Shown: piece after piece, positions 11,851 to 25,400 of the stretch | Position numbering within the stretch: position 1 is the first letter of the stretch | How the letters are laid out: each line of letters opens with the position of its first letter | Assembly (NCBI RefSeq): GCF_009834535.1 | Contig: NC_045696.1 | Location: forward strand, 94,242,001 to 94,306,000 | Direction of reading: 5' to 3' | Length of the DNA: 64,000 nucleotides | Origin: Camelus ferus | Taxonomy: Eukaryota | Program-made: the position numbers and the translations under genes | The notes under the pieces: model-generated | Database searches by the model: none | What the model was told of the DNA's origin: nothing | The model's input: only the letters and a program-made list of their open reading frames with translations

Positions 11851-13675
11851 AAAAGGTAAAAAAGTACCCTTGGATTTTTTTATTATTATCCTCAAATAGA
11901 GCCTTGCCTTGAAACTTTTATTTTTGACAGACACAACAAGACCTGAGTCTTATTTCCTATTTCATTCATTTTCCCCCTGAGGCTAACCAAGAAAGTGACA
12001 AAAACCTAAGCAATGTTATAAATTAAAGTCATACTTACATTATCATGAGAAAATAAAAATAATAACAGTCCTTATGATTTGTTATACTATGTATTTTAAT
12101 TTACTGTTCAAATTCAGGCAAATTCACTCCAATAACAATTATATTTTTCAGGGCTGTCTATGAAGCTGGCCTTACTACAACCGTATTTTCTATGTGCAAA
12201 GTGAAGCAAAAGAGGAAGGTTTTAGCCAAACTTACCTCCACTGAGCCTTTTATTCCCTCAGAAACTTATAAGCCCAAACAGCAAAGTCCTCATCAAAGAG
12301 CTTCCCTGAAATTACCTTAGCTACCAAAAGCATTTTTACTCAATGAAAGCTTTAAAATAACTCAGCTTCATTAGACAATTATTTCAAAAGCCACAATCAA
12401 CATCCAACTGTGAAAAACACAATAGTGACTTAAAAAAAAAAATTCAACTGGTGATGTGAAAACGTCAGCAAAAACCTCAAAGTGAAAAAAAAAAAAAATT
12501 TACTGTCAAATGACCAAACCAAAAAGAAATCCATGTACCTAATTAAGAGTATAGCTGAAGAACACTGAAACTTCCATCAAGAGCCAAGAACTTGCTCCAT
12601 GGCAAATCCCCAAATTAAAAATCTAAACATACAAACTAAGCATCTTAAATCACCCAATATTTTCACTGCTTGCCAGATTCGGTAATTATGAGTTGTTAGC
12701 TGAATATGCTCAGAAAATAAAACAATTTAAGAACCTAACTTTAGCTTCAATCTTGGTCTTGTGACGCTTGTACACATAATGTTTGCATACTTTTTAACTT
12801 AGTGCTATGAAACTATTTTCTATTCACTTAAACAGTTTGTATTCTGTTTTCCACATTTTAAAGAGAACGCCACAACAAGGTCATTTCATAATTGTCCCAT
12901 ACAGCATGGGACATTTCCCAAGATAAGGCCTTTAGTTCTTCGTTTTCTTATCTGTAAAATGAGGATAATAAGACCTATATTTGATCATCTCGCAAGACTT
13001 TTTTTTTTTAGTTCTCCAAAGTGATATATTCTTTTAAACTGCTCTGTAAAAATGATGAGTAAGTTGTTATGGTTAAGCCAAGACTGAGTTTTTTGAACCT
13101 TTATATAAGAGAACAACCAAACTCTTTAACTAGTAGTTATCTCTCTTATAAGTAGTAAAGATTTGAATTAACATCTTCAGAGGCTCAACTGAACTAGTAA
13201 ATGAAATCCTCAGAAATAGCTGGGAACACACTGAAAATGGTAATTTCCTGGCAATCAACCCATACATTAAAAGGGAATGAGACCTTACTCTGCAAAGTCA
13301 GGTTGGTGAATTTAGGTCATTCAACTGTTTATCAGTATTGGAATTGTACATTATTTTGCCTGCTCTTAACCTGTGGTTAAGATAAACTATTACCAGTTAT
13401 AAGCTTTTAGATTGTCCTCCTAAAACAGGCCACCTTGAGCTATCTCTTTGTGTTTGTTCCAGTGACAGGGAAAAATCAAGTTCTTTTACATAGTAGAATG
13501 ATGGCTCAAACAATTCCTGAGAAAGGCAATTGACATTAACTATTAAGAGTATAATTTTAAAACAAATTAAAAACCATTAAAGACATAAAATGAACATGTC
13601 AAAATTTTTATTTAAATCACCAGTTGAATTTAATTCATCAATTAATGAGGGAACCAATAAAAGATTAAAACTGGT

Positions 13676-13862
13676 TCAACTGGTTTTCCAGGAAACAAAT
13701 AAAAACCCCTGACTTGTAGTAGCTGTCAGTTTTTGTAGTCCAGGTACTCCAAGCATGGCTGATTTTAAGGTACCAACGAGAAGTCAATGAGCTTTCAAAA
13801 TTCTTGAAAATTAAATAATTGGTTCTCATAAGCCAGTCTGAGACGGATCCAGCACACCAGTG
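13676..13862 (-). mobile_element. MER63-like hAT-Blackjack element
   Basis: aaaattcttgaaaattaaataattggttctcataagccagtctgagacggatccagcacaccagtg = reverse complement of the MER63 left end. Confidence 0.7.
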
Positions 13863-14849
13863 TCGTAGATATATGCATGATTTAATAAAGGAATGTTAAA
13901 ATAAGGTATATGGGTAATGAAATCGGTTAATGTCTCGAGAAGAAATAAACTTTGAGAGTTATTTTTCCACCAGACAGGACCTCTGCCGAACAAAATCTAT
14001 AAGTTAACCTCTGCCCTAATAGAGTTGCAGAACAGCCCAGTCAAAGTCAAGCCCAGCACTTCACCGAAAGAACATCTAATAATTTTTTTCTTTCCCAAGT
14101 TATGAATAATATTTTCTCACAGAACAAACCATTAAATCAAGAATGAATTAATGTTCCCTGATTCATTTTAAAACTATTAAGTTTCCTTACTAGGCTATGA
14201 GGTACTTGAAGGTAGGAAATCTTTTTCAGTCTTTGTTCTTTGACCCTCATCAAGGACCCAGGACTCTGTAGGTGCTCAATGAAAGTTTGGTAAACTGATG
14301 AGTATAATTTTATAAGGGAAAGTAGAATCTAGTTTCTCAAAATGGACAATATCTTCATTCTTCTCCCTCTCTTTAAGATTCCTGCTAAGAAATATGACTG
14401 AGGACAGTTAAGGGCAATAAATGTTCTCTGGCCTCAAGGGAAACTTTAAAAGCAATAAAAACAAACATTTTAAAGGCAGTAAAAAACATGGGCTAAATGG
14501 TGGAAATGGGGAGGTCATAAAATGATGTAGCAATTTAAACTTATTATTGAAGCAGTTCTTCAAATTTTGACCTTAATTCTTCTTAAGAGTATAACATACA
14601 GTTACATTAAAATAAAAATTCATTTCTAATGAGGCAAGGCAATTAAACAAACAAGATAAGACCATTTCTTAGGCCAAAGTTGAAATACAGTGGCCGCTAG
14701 ATTTACTATAGCTAAAAATTAAACAAACAACCAAAAAATCAAAGCATAAGTTGATCACAATGTGTTACATTAGGTGATCACTGATAAATCTAGTCTAAAG
14801 AAATAATCAAAGAGTAAAGAGATTGGCACAATAGTTTGTATTGTGGTCC

Positions 14850-14970
14850 ATCCATTCATTCATCAAATTTTTATCTAATGCCTACTATATGTAAGGCATT
14901 GCTCTAAATGCTAGAAATATAGTAGTGAGAAAAAAGATAAGGTTCCTATCTTTGTAGAATTTACTCCCTG
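14850..14970 (-). mobile_element. L2 3' fragment
   Basis: tccattcattcatcaaatttttatctaatgcctactatatgtaaggcattgctctaaatgct. Confidence 0.7.
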
Positions 14971-14974
14971 ATGT

Positions 14975-15939
14975 CAATGTATGTATACTTTGTGAAATGA
15001 TCACCACAGTTACCATCTGTCACCATACAAAGTTAATACAGTATTATTGAATGTATTCTCCATGCTCTACATTACATCCCCATGACTTACTTATTTTATA
15101 AACAGGAAGTTTTAACCTCTTGATCTCCTTCACTCATTTTACCACCCCACAACCTCCCTATTCTCTGACAACCCCCAGTCTGTTCTCTGTATCCTTGAGC
15201 CTGGGTTTGGTTTGGTTTAGTTTGGTTTTCATATTCCACATATAAGTGAGATTATACATTATTTGGCTTTCTCTGTCTGACTTGTATCACTGAATATAAT
15301 ACCCTTTAGGTCCATCTCTCCTGTCTTGAAGGGCAAGATTTCATTCTTTTTTATGGCTTAGTATTCATATATATATTATATATATATATATATGACATCT
15401 TCTTTATCCATTCATCTACTGATGGACACTTAGGTTGTTTCCATATCTTGGCTATTATAAATAGTGCTGCAGTGAACATAGTGGTGCATATATCTTTTCA
15501 AATTAGTTTTTTTATTTTCTCCAGGTAGATACCCAGAAGTGGAATCATTGGACCATTTTTTAAAATTATTTATTTTTAATTATTTATTTTTTAAATTATT
15601 TATTTTAATTTTTTTGACCCTCCATACTGCTTTCCAGAGTGATTGCACCAATTTACATTCCTACCAATGTGCACAAGGGCTTCCTTTTCTCTGTATCCTC
15701 ACCAACACTTGCTATTTCTTGTTTTTCATTTGGATTTTTTTTTCCTTTTTTATTTTTATTTTTTGGTAATAGCCATTCTGACAAGTGTGAGGTAATATTT
15801 CCTGATTTTGATTTGCATTTCCCTGATGACCTGTGATGTTGAGCATCTCTTCATTTACCTGTGGACAACCTGTATGTCTTCTTTAGAAAAAAGTCTATCC
15901 CAGGTCCTCTGCTCACTGTTCAATCAGACTGGTTTTTAG

Positions 15940-15992
<53 letters not shown>

Positions 15993-17105
15993 ATTGAGTT
16001 ATACAAGTTCTTTATATATTTTGGATATTAAGCCCTTATTGGATATATGATCTGCAAATATCTTCTTCCATTCAGTAGGTTGCCTTCTCATTTTGTTCAT
16101 GGTTTCCTTTGCTGTACAGAAGCTTTTTAATTCAATACACTTTCATTTGTTCACTTTTTTCTTTTGTTGCCTTTGCCTTTGGAGTCATTTCTAAAAAGCA
16201 TTACTAAGAGCAATGTCAAGGAGCTTACTGCCTATGTTTTTTTCTAGGATTTTTATGGTTTCAGGTCTTACATTCAAGTCTTCAATTTATTTTGAGTTAA
16301 TTTTTACATACAGTGTTAAGACAGTGGTCAGTTTTATTCTTTTGCATGTAGTTGTCCAGTTTTCCCAACACCTTTTATTAAGAGACTGTCCTTTCTCCAG
16401 TATATATTCTTGCCTTCTTTGTTGTAAATTAATTGACCATATAAGTCTTGGTTTATTTCTCTCTATTCTCTCTATTCTGTTTCATTGACCTATGTGTTTG
16501 TTTTAGATCAATACCACACTGTTTTGATTACTGTAGCTTTACAGTATAGTTTGATACCAGAGAGTGTGATACCCCCAGCTCTGTTGTTTCTCAAGGTCAT
16601 CTTTGGCTATGCAGGGTCCTCTGTAGTTCCATATATATTTTAGACTTCTTTGTTTTAGTTTTGTGAAAAATCTCACTGGTATTTTGATAGGAATCATTGA
16701 ATCTATAGATGGCTTTGGGTAGTATGGACATTTTAACACTATGAATTCTTACAATCCACAAACACAGAATATCTCTCCATTTATTTGTGTCTTCAATTTC
16801 CTTTATCATTGTCTTGTAGTTTTCTGTGTACAAATCTTTCATCTCTTTGGTTAAATTTATTCCTAGGTATTTTATTCTTTTTGACGCAATTATAAATAGG
16901 AGTGTTTCCTTGGCTCCTCTTTCTGAAAATTGTTATTAGTGTATAGACATGCAACAGATTTTTGTATATTAATTTTGCAGCCTGCAACCTTACTGAATTC
17001 ATTTATTAGTTCTAACATTTTTTTGCTGAAGTCTTTAGGGTTTTCTGTGTATAGAATCATGCTATCCACACATAATGATAGTTCTACTTTTTCCTTTCCT
17101 GTTTT
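14975..17105 (-). mobile_element. 5'-truncated L1 (L1MA9-like 3'UTR) with decayed ORF2
   Basis: Track ORFs 16597-16842 ([10 protein letters not shown]...[13 protein letters not shown]) and 16793-17002 are L1 ORF2 pieces; 3'UTR tgatcaccacagttaccatctgtcaccatacaaag. Confidence 0.93.
15939..15992. repeat. Perfect (GTT)18 trinucleotide microsatellite
   Basis: 54 uninterrupted bases of gtt repeat. Confidence 0.97.
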
Positions 17106-18628
17106 TTCTATTTTAAGAATGTCTAGGTATTTTTTATTTCATATTTATGTATTTAAGTACTTTGACCATTTTTCACTAATAAAGAATGTCCAATTCTTTA
17201 CTATTCTGACTGTTCATTGATAACTCCACAAACATTTAAGCATATATATTCATGTCAGCTTTTCTAGTTATCAACAGAAGGACTGGTCCTAATCCACCAA
17301 TATCAAAATTACAGAGATATATGTATAAATATAGGAGTATTTATTTATTTCTGCCATATGGGTATATGACAAAATTTCAATGCTCAGAACACTTCAGACA
17401 TCATTAATGAAAACTGTACTTTTAAAAAAATCTCAAGTTATTGGTTTTGACACATAGGAACTTAAGGTCTCACATTTTCTTTTTTCTTGCATTAGCTCTA
17501 TGCTATTTCCCTGTCCATAAAAAAGCTTTTTTTTTTTAGGAAAAAAAATTGATTTCAGCACAGGATTTAGTGCTGATAATATCTGTTAGGAAATGAAGAA
17601 AGGGAAAGATAAACACAATTTCTGAATATACATACATCTTTCAATTTAATGTCAGGGTATTGGGTGCTTCCTGTCTTGATTTAGCAAATTGTGATGAGAG
17701 CAAAAAAGGCTCTTTCATAAACTTAGCTATGAATTGTTAATCCCTCAAAGGTTTTGTTCTCTGTAAAACAAACACAGGCATACATATATATTCCAGAAAA
17801 AAATCTAACTTCCGTGTTACACTATATGATTTCTATTTCAGCCCTCCCATGCCTGTTCCCCTCATTCTGCCCAATGCATCCTGTAAGCCCCAGTGTTTAC
17901 CTAACTGCCTGACCCATGTCTATTCACCTCCACCCCTTTCCCTACCACCACACTAGTACTAAAGTACACCTGTCATGATAAGAACATCCTGGCAATACCT
18001 GCACTTTATGGCAGATACAAGTCTCAACCTTTGACTTTGACTCTTACTCTGGCCACAGCTATATGTGTAGCAACAAAAAATATACATAAAAGAAGAGGAA
18101 CCCACCTGCCTCTGTAACTCTTCTCTCTTTAAAAATTTCCTACCTCCTACTTATTGAATTAGTTAATCACACTATAGACTACAGTAAAATTCTACCTAAA
18201 ACATGAACAAAGAGGCTCTGAGTATGTCCCAGATTAGATCCTCCTTAAATAAATTAGTATGTTTTGTATTATATAGTTTAGCTGGTCAGGCACCTTTTTG
18301 TTTTTTGGACTCTGGATGTTTGATGTTACTAAGTAGTCGGTTCCTAGATAAGTGGAATAATAACGTATTAGAATCCGAACACTGATCTCTTAGGGCTCTG
18401 GAAACAATCTGATTTGTAAGCCCAGTAACCAAAACAGGGATGAACAGACATTCCTAGCTGTGAATATGTTTTAAGGAGAAATAGTTTAGACTCAAAATAT
18501 GTTTAAAAAATAAATTTCTTGACAGTTCTCTGTATCAGTGTTTTGAAGTGATCTATACACTCTTATAAAGCCTGCTCCTAACAATCATTTCAAGACACAA
18601 CTTAATGTTTAAAGAATTACTGGAAGTA

Positions 18629-18775
18629 GGGGTGCAGGTATAGCTCAGGGGCAGAGTGTCAGCATGCATGGGGCCCTGGGTTCAATCCCCAGTACGTCCA
18701 TCAGAAATAAATAAAGAAACTTAATTACCTCCCCCCTTAAAAAAATTGATAAAAAAATGAAAAAGAAAACAAAAG
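18629..18775 (+). mobile_element. Camelid tRNA-derived SINE with 18-bp TSD
   Basis: ggtatagctcaggggcagagtg...gggttcaatccccagtac; TSD aaagaattactggaagta (18611-18628) / aaagaattactggaagca (18776-18793). Confidence 0.93.
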
Positions 18776-19394
18776 AAAGAATTACTGGAAGCAAGTAGAG
18801 TATAATAGTTCAGACATAAACCTGTCAAAATTAAAACAATAAATATTTTCTTTTATTAGAGGAAAAGTTCTGAGTTTCTCTAAATTTAACACATCTCAAA
18901 CAATGGTCATAGTTAGCATGCCACTGAATTTTTATTTCCTGTATTTTAGCTAGATTATCCCGTAGATTCCAAAGGATGTGTTTAAAGGGAAATACATTTC
19001 CAAATGAAGGAACCTGAAAATGACTAGACTCAGGGTTTTCAAATGTAGGTCTTGGTAAGAATATTATGCACCAAAATATGTATTGGCTTATGTTAAAGAA
19101 GTCTCTAAATTTTTACTAATGACCTTGTATGATGCAAGGACCATCTACTTCACATCATCTTTTGACTGAAGCTCAGTTTCTTACACGTGATGTTACTTGT
19201 TTCTAGAATCATGACAGATTAGTATTCTCCTTTCCAAGTCTGAAAAGAGATCAGTTATTATGATGCTATTACGGCTGAGATCTGGTAGTTGTTTTAGTTC
19301 AGGAAGGAGCTAGTGCATGGAAAAGAAAATACCAGTGCCTATCTCCTTTGAAGCTGCATAAATCTAAGTCTGTTGTGACATGAAGGAAGGCCAT

Positions 19395-19590
19395 TTCAGT
19401 TGCCAGAAAGAGTCTCATATTCAGACAACCCCAGTTTAGAATCACAATTTTACTGCTTACTAGCTTTGTTGCTTTAGGATGTTTACTTGATCTCTACAAG
19501 TCCTGGTTTTCTACACTGTACTGTGGGTTATTACGGCCTGTGTCAGAGGAAAACCATGCAGCGTATGGCACTGTAACGTGCCTTAAATAA
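19395..19590 (+). mobile_element. MIR
   Basis: tcagacaaccccagtttagaatcac...tactgcttactagctttg...tttacttgatctct...ggttttct. Confidence 0.6.
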
Positions 19591-19729
19591 GGAAGGAGCA
19601 AGGACGTGCCATTCAGAAGTGAATTTAGTAGCTATGTTTAAGAATGGCTTGTGTTGCTGGTAGCAACTCCAAAGAATCCATGTTTTTTTTTACGGGGCTC
19701 TTAAAAGCTGGCTAGGTAGACACAGGTTC

Positions 19730-20140
19730 AGTAGTTGCTGTTTGCGGAAACGACAATCAACTTCATCAAGCATTTCATTTGCTTCCACATTTCCTCACAT
19801 CCTTACAGTTACGTGGAGTTTTATGACTAGCTCTGACCAGTGAAATTTTAGTCCGGTGACCTGTGTGACTTCAAGTGCTGAAGCAGTGAAAAACCTGTAA
19901 AAGATTCAAGCCATTCCACAGAAGCAAGATTCCTTCATTTTCGATGCAGCTACACAATGCCGGAGCCTCCACCAATCTGGGTCCCTGCCTGACAATGTGG
20001 AGCACAGCTCCCCTCCCCACCCCAACAAACTGTCATGAACATGTAGTATGAGCAAGAAATAAACCTTCATTTTGACAATGCATCAGGATTTAGGGCTTAA
20101 TTAATTACCATGGTATAAAGTAGCCTATTGTGAGCAATAC
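19730..20140 (+). mobile_element. MLT1-family MaLR LTR (MLT1H/I/J-like)
   Basis: cacatttcctcacatccttacagttac...tgagcaagaaataaaccttc...agcctattgtgagcaatac. Confidence 0.7.
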
Positions 20141-20930
20141 CCTGGTTTAGGGTAGCCACACTTTCACATATATTTTCCCTTATGAATTGTTAAATTTAAT
20201 TAATGGCTTTTATTAAGAATTAGAATTAAATACCCTGAGATTTCCAGATCAACACAATTATGTTGTAGTTATTGAGGATTATGCTATATATAGCTTTCAC
20301 CTAATATTAACATGCTCAAGGTCAGTGAAAATGAGAGATAAGATCAGGAAAAATCTATGAGTATAGCAATGAAACACTAGCACGGCTGAAATAGGCTGAT
20401 TGCTAAAATTGATAATAATTATATTTTGAGCTCGTAAAGCATTTTGTAAAGTACTCAATTTGCTATTTATCTTCAGATAAAATTCTGGATCCAAATGATA
20501 CTGAGCTCAGTGGGTGACATATCCAAGAATAGCATATTGAACTGTAAGGGGACTTGAACTTCAATTGTAAGTAGTTAAAATTCTCTTCATGGAAGCAAAA
20601 AGGACCCTCAAACTATCCATCCTATTCGAAGGATAAAATTTCCATTAATACCTAAAGAAGGATTCAAAGCAGCCCAGAAACATTACTGGAGCATCAGAAC
20701 ATGGCTCAGAAGTAGGCAAGAACTATTTGCCCTCGTTTTTCAGGCCAAGAAGAGGCAGTGAGTAATAACTAGTTAACTAGTTCATCTAGACATAATTAAT
20801 TTAGTAGTAAAATCTAGAAACTAGTCCTAGCAGGGTCTTATAGCTATGACCACAAATACAGCACAGAAGATATGAGTGCTGACTGCATCAGAGGAATTTG
20901 ATCTCAAACCCAAGCTCTGCCCTTATTTTT

Positions 20931-21063
20931 TGTTTGTTTGGTTTTTTAGGGGGTAGGTAAATAAGTTTATTTATGTATTTAGTTTAAGTTCTTTAATGGA
21001 GGCACTGGGGATTGAACCCAGGACCTTGTGCACGTACTCTACCACTGAGCTATACCTGTCCCC
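20931..21063 (-). mobile_element. Camelid tRNA-derived SINE inserted in a MIR
   Basis: tggaggcactggggattgaacccaggaccttg...tactctaccactgagctatacc; imperfect TSD tgcccttattttt / tgcccaacttattttt. Confidence 0.9.
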
Positions 21064-22454
21064 TGCCCAACTTATTTTTAATGTGGTCTCAGACAAGTTT
21101 ATTTCAGTATAGATGGGAATAATCATGTCTCAAAATGTAATAGAAGATTTAAATGGCAATGTAGGCAAAGGGTTTAACACAGTGAATGACCCACTGTAGG
21201 CATTTCATAAATGGAATTTTTCATCCTTTATTTACTTATTATTTATTCTATTAAGAGAACTAATGAGTTCACTTCTGAGGAGGTAAAAAACAAAAACAAA
21301 AAAATCAATGTCAGTATAACCATTTTATAACCCTCAATTGACACTATTCTGAACGTACATGTGAACTATTCAACAAACTGCACTCTTTCAGGGTCCACCA
21401 GGTTTTATCACTCTTCTAAGTTAGGGTCTCTGAACCAAAAGGAATCATTTTCAGTCTACAGACTCCTGATTTAAAAGCGACAGTGCATCTGCACAGATGC
21501 TTTAAAAATTGGCACCACAAATGTCTTTGTACAATTTTCCCTTTCTTTAAAAATACTACATTGTAAACTCAGGATTCCTCTCCTCCCCCCATAAAGAATC
21601 TTCAGAAGTCCAATTTCTTATTCAGGTACATTGCTATTGTAGAGATACAAGCTAGATAATTCCCATTCATGAAGTTACATTTTCAGGACTGCTTAGTTTA
21701 GGCACAGTGCTGGGATGTGGAAGTAAAAAAACTTTTGACCTAGGTATCCACTTTAAGTAACTACATACTACGTAAAATAATTTAGTGGCATTTTGTTCCC
21801 AGCTCTAGGAATGTTTGAATGCTATGTATATTGCAAATGCTATGTATTGTAGTTTTTATTTGAAGGAAAATTATTTCTTGTTTGTCTGGGATTCTTCCTG
21901 CCTCTTTCTTTTGTCTGTTGTCCCTATGCCTATTCTTGTGAAAATTTGTTTTGGCTTTATTTCTCAGAGTTTCCATGACAGAGGCCAGATTTAAAAGCTC
22001 TTTAACATAAAATCCCACATTACACAGAAAGATCACAGGGTTATGTCAATTTATAAAGAAGAGTTATAATTTACGTCTCTTGTTTCCTTTGTGGCCTCCT
22101 GTCTAATCACACCCCCTCTTTGGCTGACCTCAAACTCTTCTTTCTTTCAAATACACTGTAATTCTCTACCATAGCTCTTTACTTTCTTTATAAATAGAAA
22201 GCAAACCTCTTGCCAAACAATACAGACTATGCTGTGGTTATAAAATCTGTGGAAGTCATTTATGCAGACACTTATTTTGCACATAATGAAATTAAGACAC
22301 TGATCATAATCATATCCAAAGACCAGCAGCCAGTGAGATGCAAAGCTGAAAGATGAACTATTTTCACTTTTGGAGAAAGAACCAAAAAAGCATTTACCTA
22401 CAACTGTATTCTTATTCATAAGATTATATATTGTTGGAAAGATATAGTTGGTCA

Positions 22455-25400
22455 GAGTGATATCAGCAAAAGGCATGGAAATTTCCACCCCTTGTTCCCC
22501 AACCCCCTGCAAACATCAGTTTGAACGACTGTCTGCAGAAAAAACCTTCACAAGAGCAATGGACTCCAGGTGAGGGATTACAGCACCTGTGTGAAGCACA
22601 GAAATAAGAAAAGACATGTTGAAAGGGTAGAAAAGATAGAGTCACACTGCCTCCATTTCCTCTCCCTCATGCTCAGACAGTCCAGCTTAGAGAGAGACAA
22701 CTTTCCCATGGAAGAACAGTAACGTGAGCACTGGACTTCACCACGGACCCCAGGTCCACCCTGCCAACTACTGCAAGTGATTCCCTGTGGGCTTGCTCCC
22801 AGTGGAACCCCAGGGCCCAGATCCTGGCTCACTCCAAGGCCTGCCTACTTCGGCAGCCCAAGCAGCTTCCAAACAGCTTTCACCCTTCAATCCATTCCAG
22901 CACCTGCCAGCACCTGCAGCCCCAGGCAGATCCAGCGGCCCCAAGCACCCAACCCCCACCCTTGAAAGCCAACTCCATGGCTCCAGGAAACCCAAGTTCC
23001 TGGCTCCCCCCAGCACTGGTCCTCTATTGTGGCCCTGAGCAGTGAGTGTGACCTCAGGAACCCAATCAAGCCCATTGGCACAAGCTCCAGGGGAGAACCT
23101 GTGAATCTGGGGTCCTGACAGGGCCCAGTGCCAGGCTGACTACTACCATTCCAGGCTTCTGACCTAACCCAGCACCAGGTCACCCAAGGACTCCAGCAGC
23201 AAGCCCACCTGTGGACACCATCAGACAGCCCTCCCAGAATCTCTGGATGGGCTGACTGGTAAAGGACTTTGCCTGCTAAAGCCACTCTGTAAAGACTAGA
23301 AGAGGAAGCTACGTCCTCAAATGTGCACACACCGATGTCAGGCCACAAGGAGCACGAATAACTGAGGAAACAAAACAGCACCAAAGGAAACTAGTAACAC
23401 TCTAATGATTAACCCCAAAGAAATGGAGATCTATGAACTGTCTGGAAAAGAACTCAGAATAATCCTCTAAAAGAAATGCAGTAAGCTACAAGAAAACACA
23501 AATAACTATGTGAAATTAGGAAAACAACGCATGATAAAATGAGAAATTTAACAAAAAAGGAACTATTTAAAAAATCAAGCAGAAATCCTAGAATTCAAGA
23601 CTACAATGACTGAGCTGAAGAATTCAATAGAGAGCTTCAACAGACTCCACGAAGCAGAAGAAAATTAGGAACTGAAAGACAGGTCATTTGAAATCATAGA
23701 GTCAGAGGAGCAAAAAAAAAAAAAAAAAAAGAAAGTGAGTTATGGCATACCATTGAAATAAACAATCTATGCATTATTGGAGACCCAGAGGGAGAAGGGA
23801 GGGAGAAAGGAACAGAAAGCTTATTTAAAAAATAATGGCTGATAACTACCCAAGTCTGGGGAGAGATTTAGATATCTAAGTTCATGGAGCTAATATGTCA
23901 TCCCAAAGTTTCAACCTGAAGCAATCTTGTCCAAGATACATTATAATAAAACTGTCTAAAGACAAAGAGAAAAATTTAAAAACATCAAGAGAAAAATAAT
24001 TTCTCACATATAAGGGAATTTCTATAAGGCTATTAGTACATTGCTTAGCAGAAATCTTGCAAATCAAGAAAGAATAGGATGATTTATTGACAGTGCTGAA
24101 AGAAACAAAAAATGCTATTCAAGAATCTTTACCTGGCAAAGCTGTCATTCAACAATGGAGAGATAAAGACTTTCCTCAAAAAACAAAAGCTGAGGGTTTT
24201 CATCATCGTAAGACCTCTTTATAAGAAATGCTGAAAGTTCTTCAAGAAAACATATGAAAATATAAAACATGTTGGTAAAAGAAAGTATGCAGTCAAATTC
24301 AGAATATTCTAGTACTGTAATATGGTGATATATTAATCACTTTACTATAAAAGTTTAAAGGATAAAAATAATTTTAAAAACTATAGCTACAATTATTTGT
24401 TAATGAATACGCAATATAAAAACAGGTAAATTATGACATGAAAAACGTAAGTTATGGTGGGGAAATAGAAGGGTAAAGTTTTGTATGCAAAGTTATTAGT
24501 ATAAAATAGACTTATATCTATGAGGTTTTATGTAAGTAAAAACTCTTTAACAAAATACTAGTAAACCAAATTCAACAGTACATTAAAAGAATCACACACC
24601 ATAATCAAGTGGATTCATTCCTGGGACATGAGAATGGTTCAACATATGCAAACTGATAAATGTGATACACTAGATTAATAGAATAAAAAATTAAAATCCT
24701 ATGATCATCTTAACAGCTGCAGAAAATGCACTTGACTAAATTCAACATCTATTTAAGATAAAAACTCTTAACAAGTTGCGTGCAGAAGGAAAGTACCTTA
24801 ACATAATAAAGGTTATATATGAGAAACCCACAACAAACAACATACTCAATAGTGAAAGGTTGAAAGCTTTCCCATTAAGATCAGGAAAAAGACAAGGGTG
24901 CCTACTCTCATTAGGCCTATTTAACATAATACTGGAAGTCTTAGAGCAATCAGGCAAAAAAAAGAAATAAAAGGCAACCAATCATAAAGAAGTAAAACCG
25001 TCTGTGTTTGCAGGATGATATCATCTTATATAGAGAGAACCCTAAAAACTCCACCAAAAAAGCTGTTAGAACTAATTAACAAAGTTCAGAAAAAGCAGGA
25101 TACAAAATTAACATACAAACATCACTCTATATGCTAACAAAGACCTATCTGAAAAAGAAATAAACATTCTATTTACAATAGCATCGAAGATATAAAATAC
25201 TTGGGAATAAATTTAACCCAGGAGGTGAAAAGTCTGTATACTAAAAATCAAGACATTTATGAAAGAAATTGAAGAAGATAGAAATAAATGGAAAGATATC
25301 TCATGTTCATGGATCAGAAGAATATATATTGCTAAAATGCCCATACTACCCAAAGCAATCTACAGATTCAATGCAAGCTCTATAAAAATTCCAATGACAT

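Noticed and set aside
16213..17220. Protein-coding ORFs in L1 regions (also 24742-26797, 31336-31832)
   Set aside because: Frameshifted fragments of L1 ORF2 or its antisense; no intact ORF2
20767..20782. 16-bp perfect palindrome aactagttaactagtt
   Set aside because: It is a tandem doubling of a self-complementary 8-mer; no supporting context
22578..23384. Cluster of overlapping GC-rich ORFs as a gene or CpG island
   Set aside because: Lies in the L1 5' region, CpG-depleted, and long ORFs are expected from GC content
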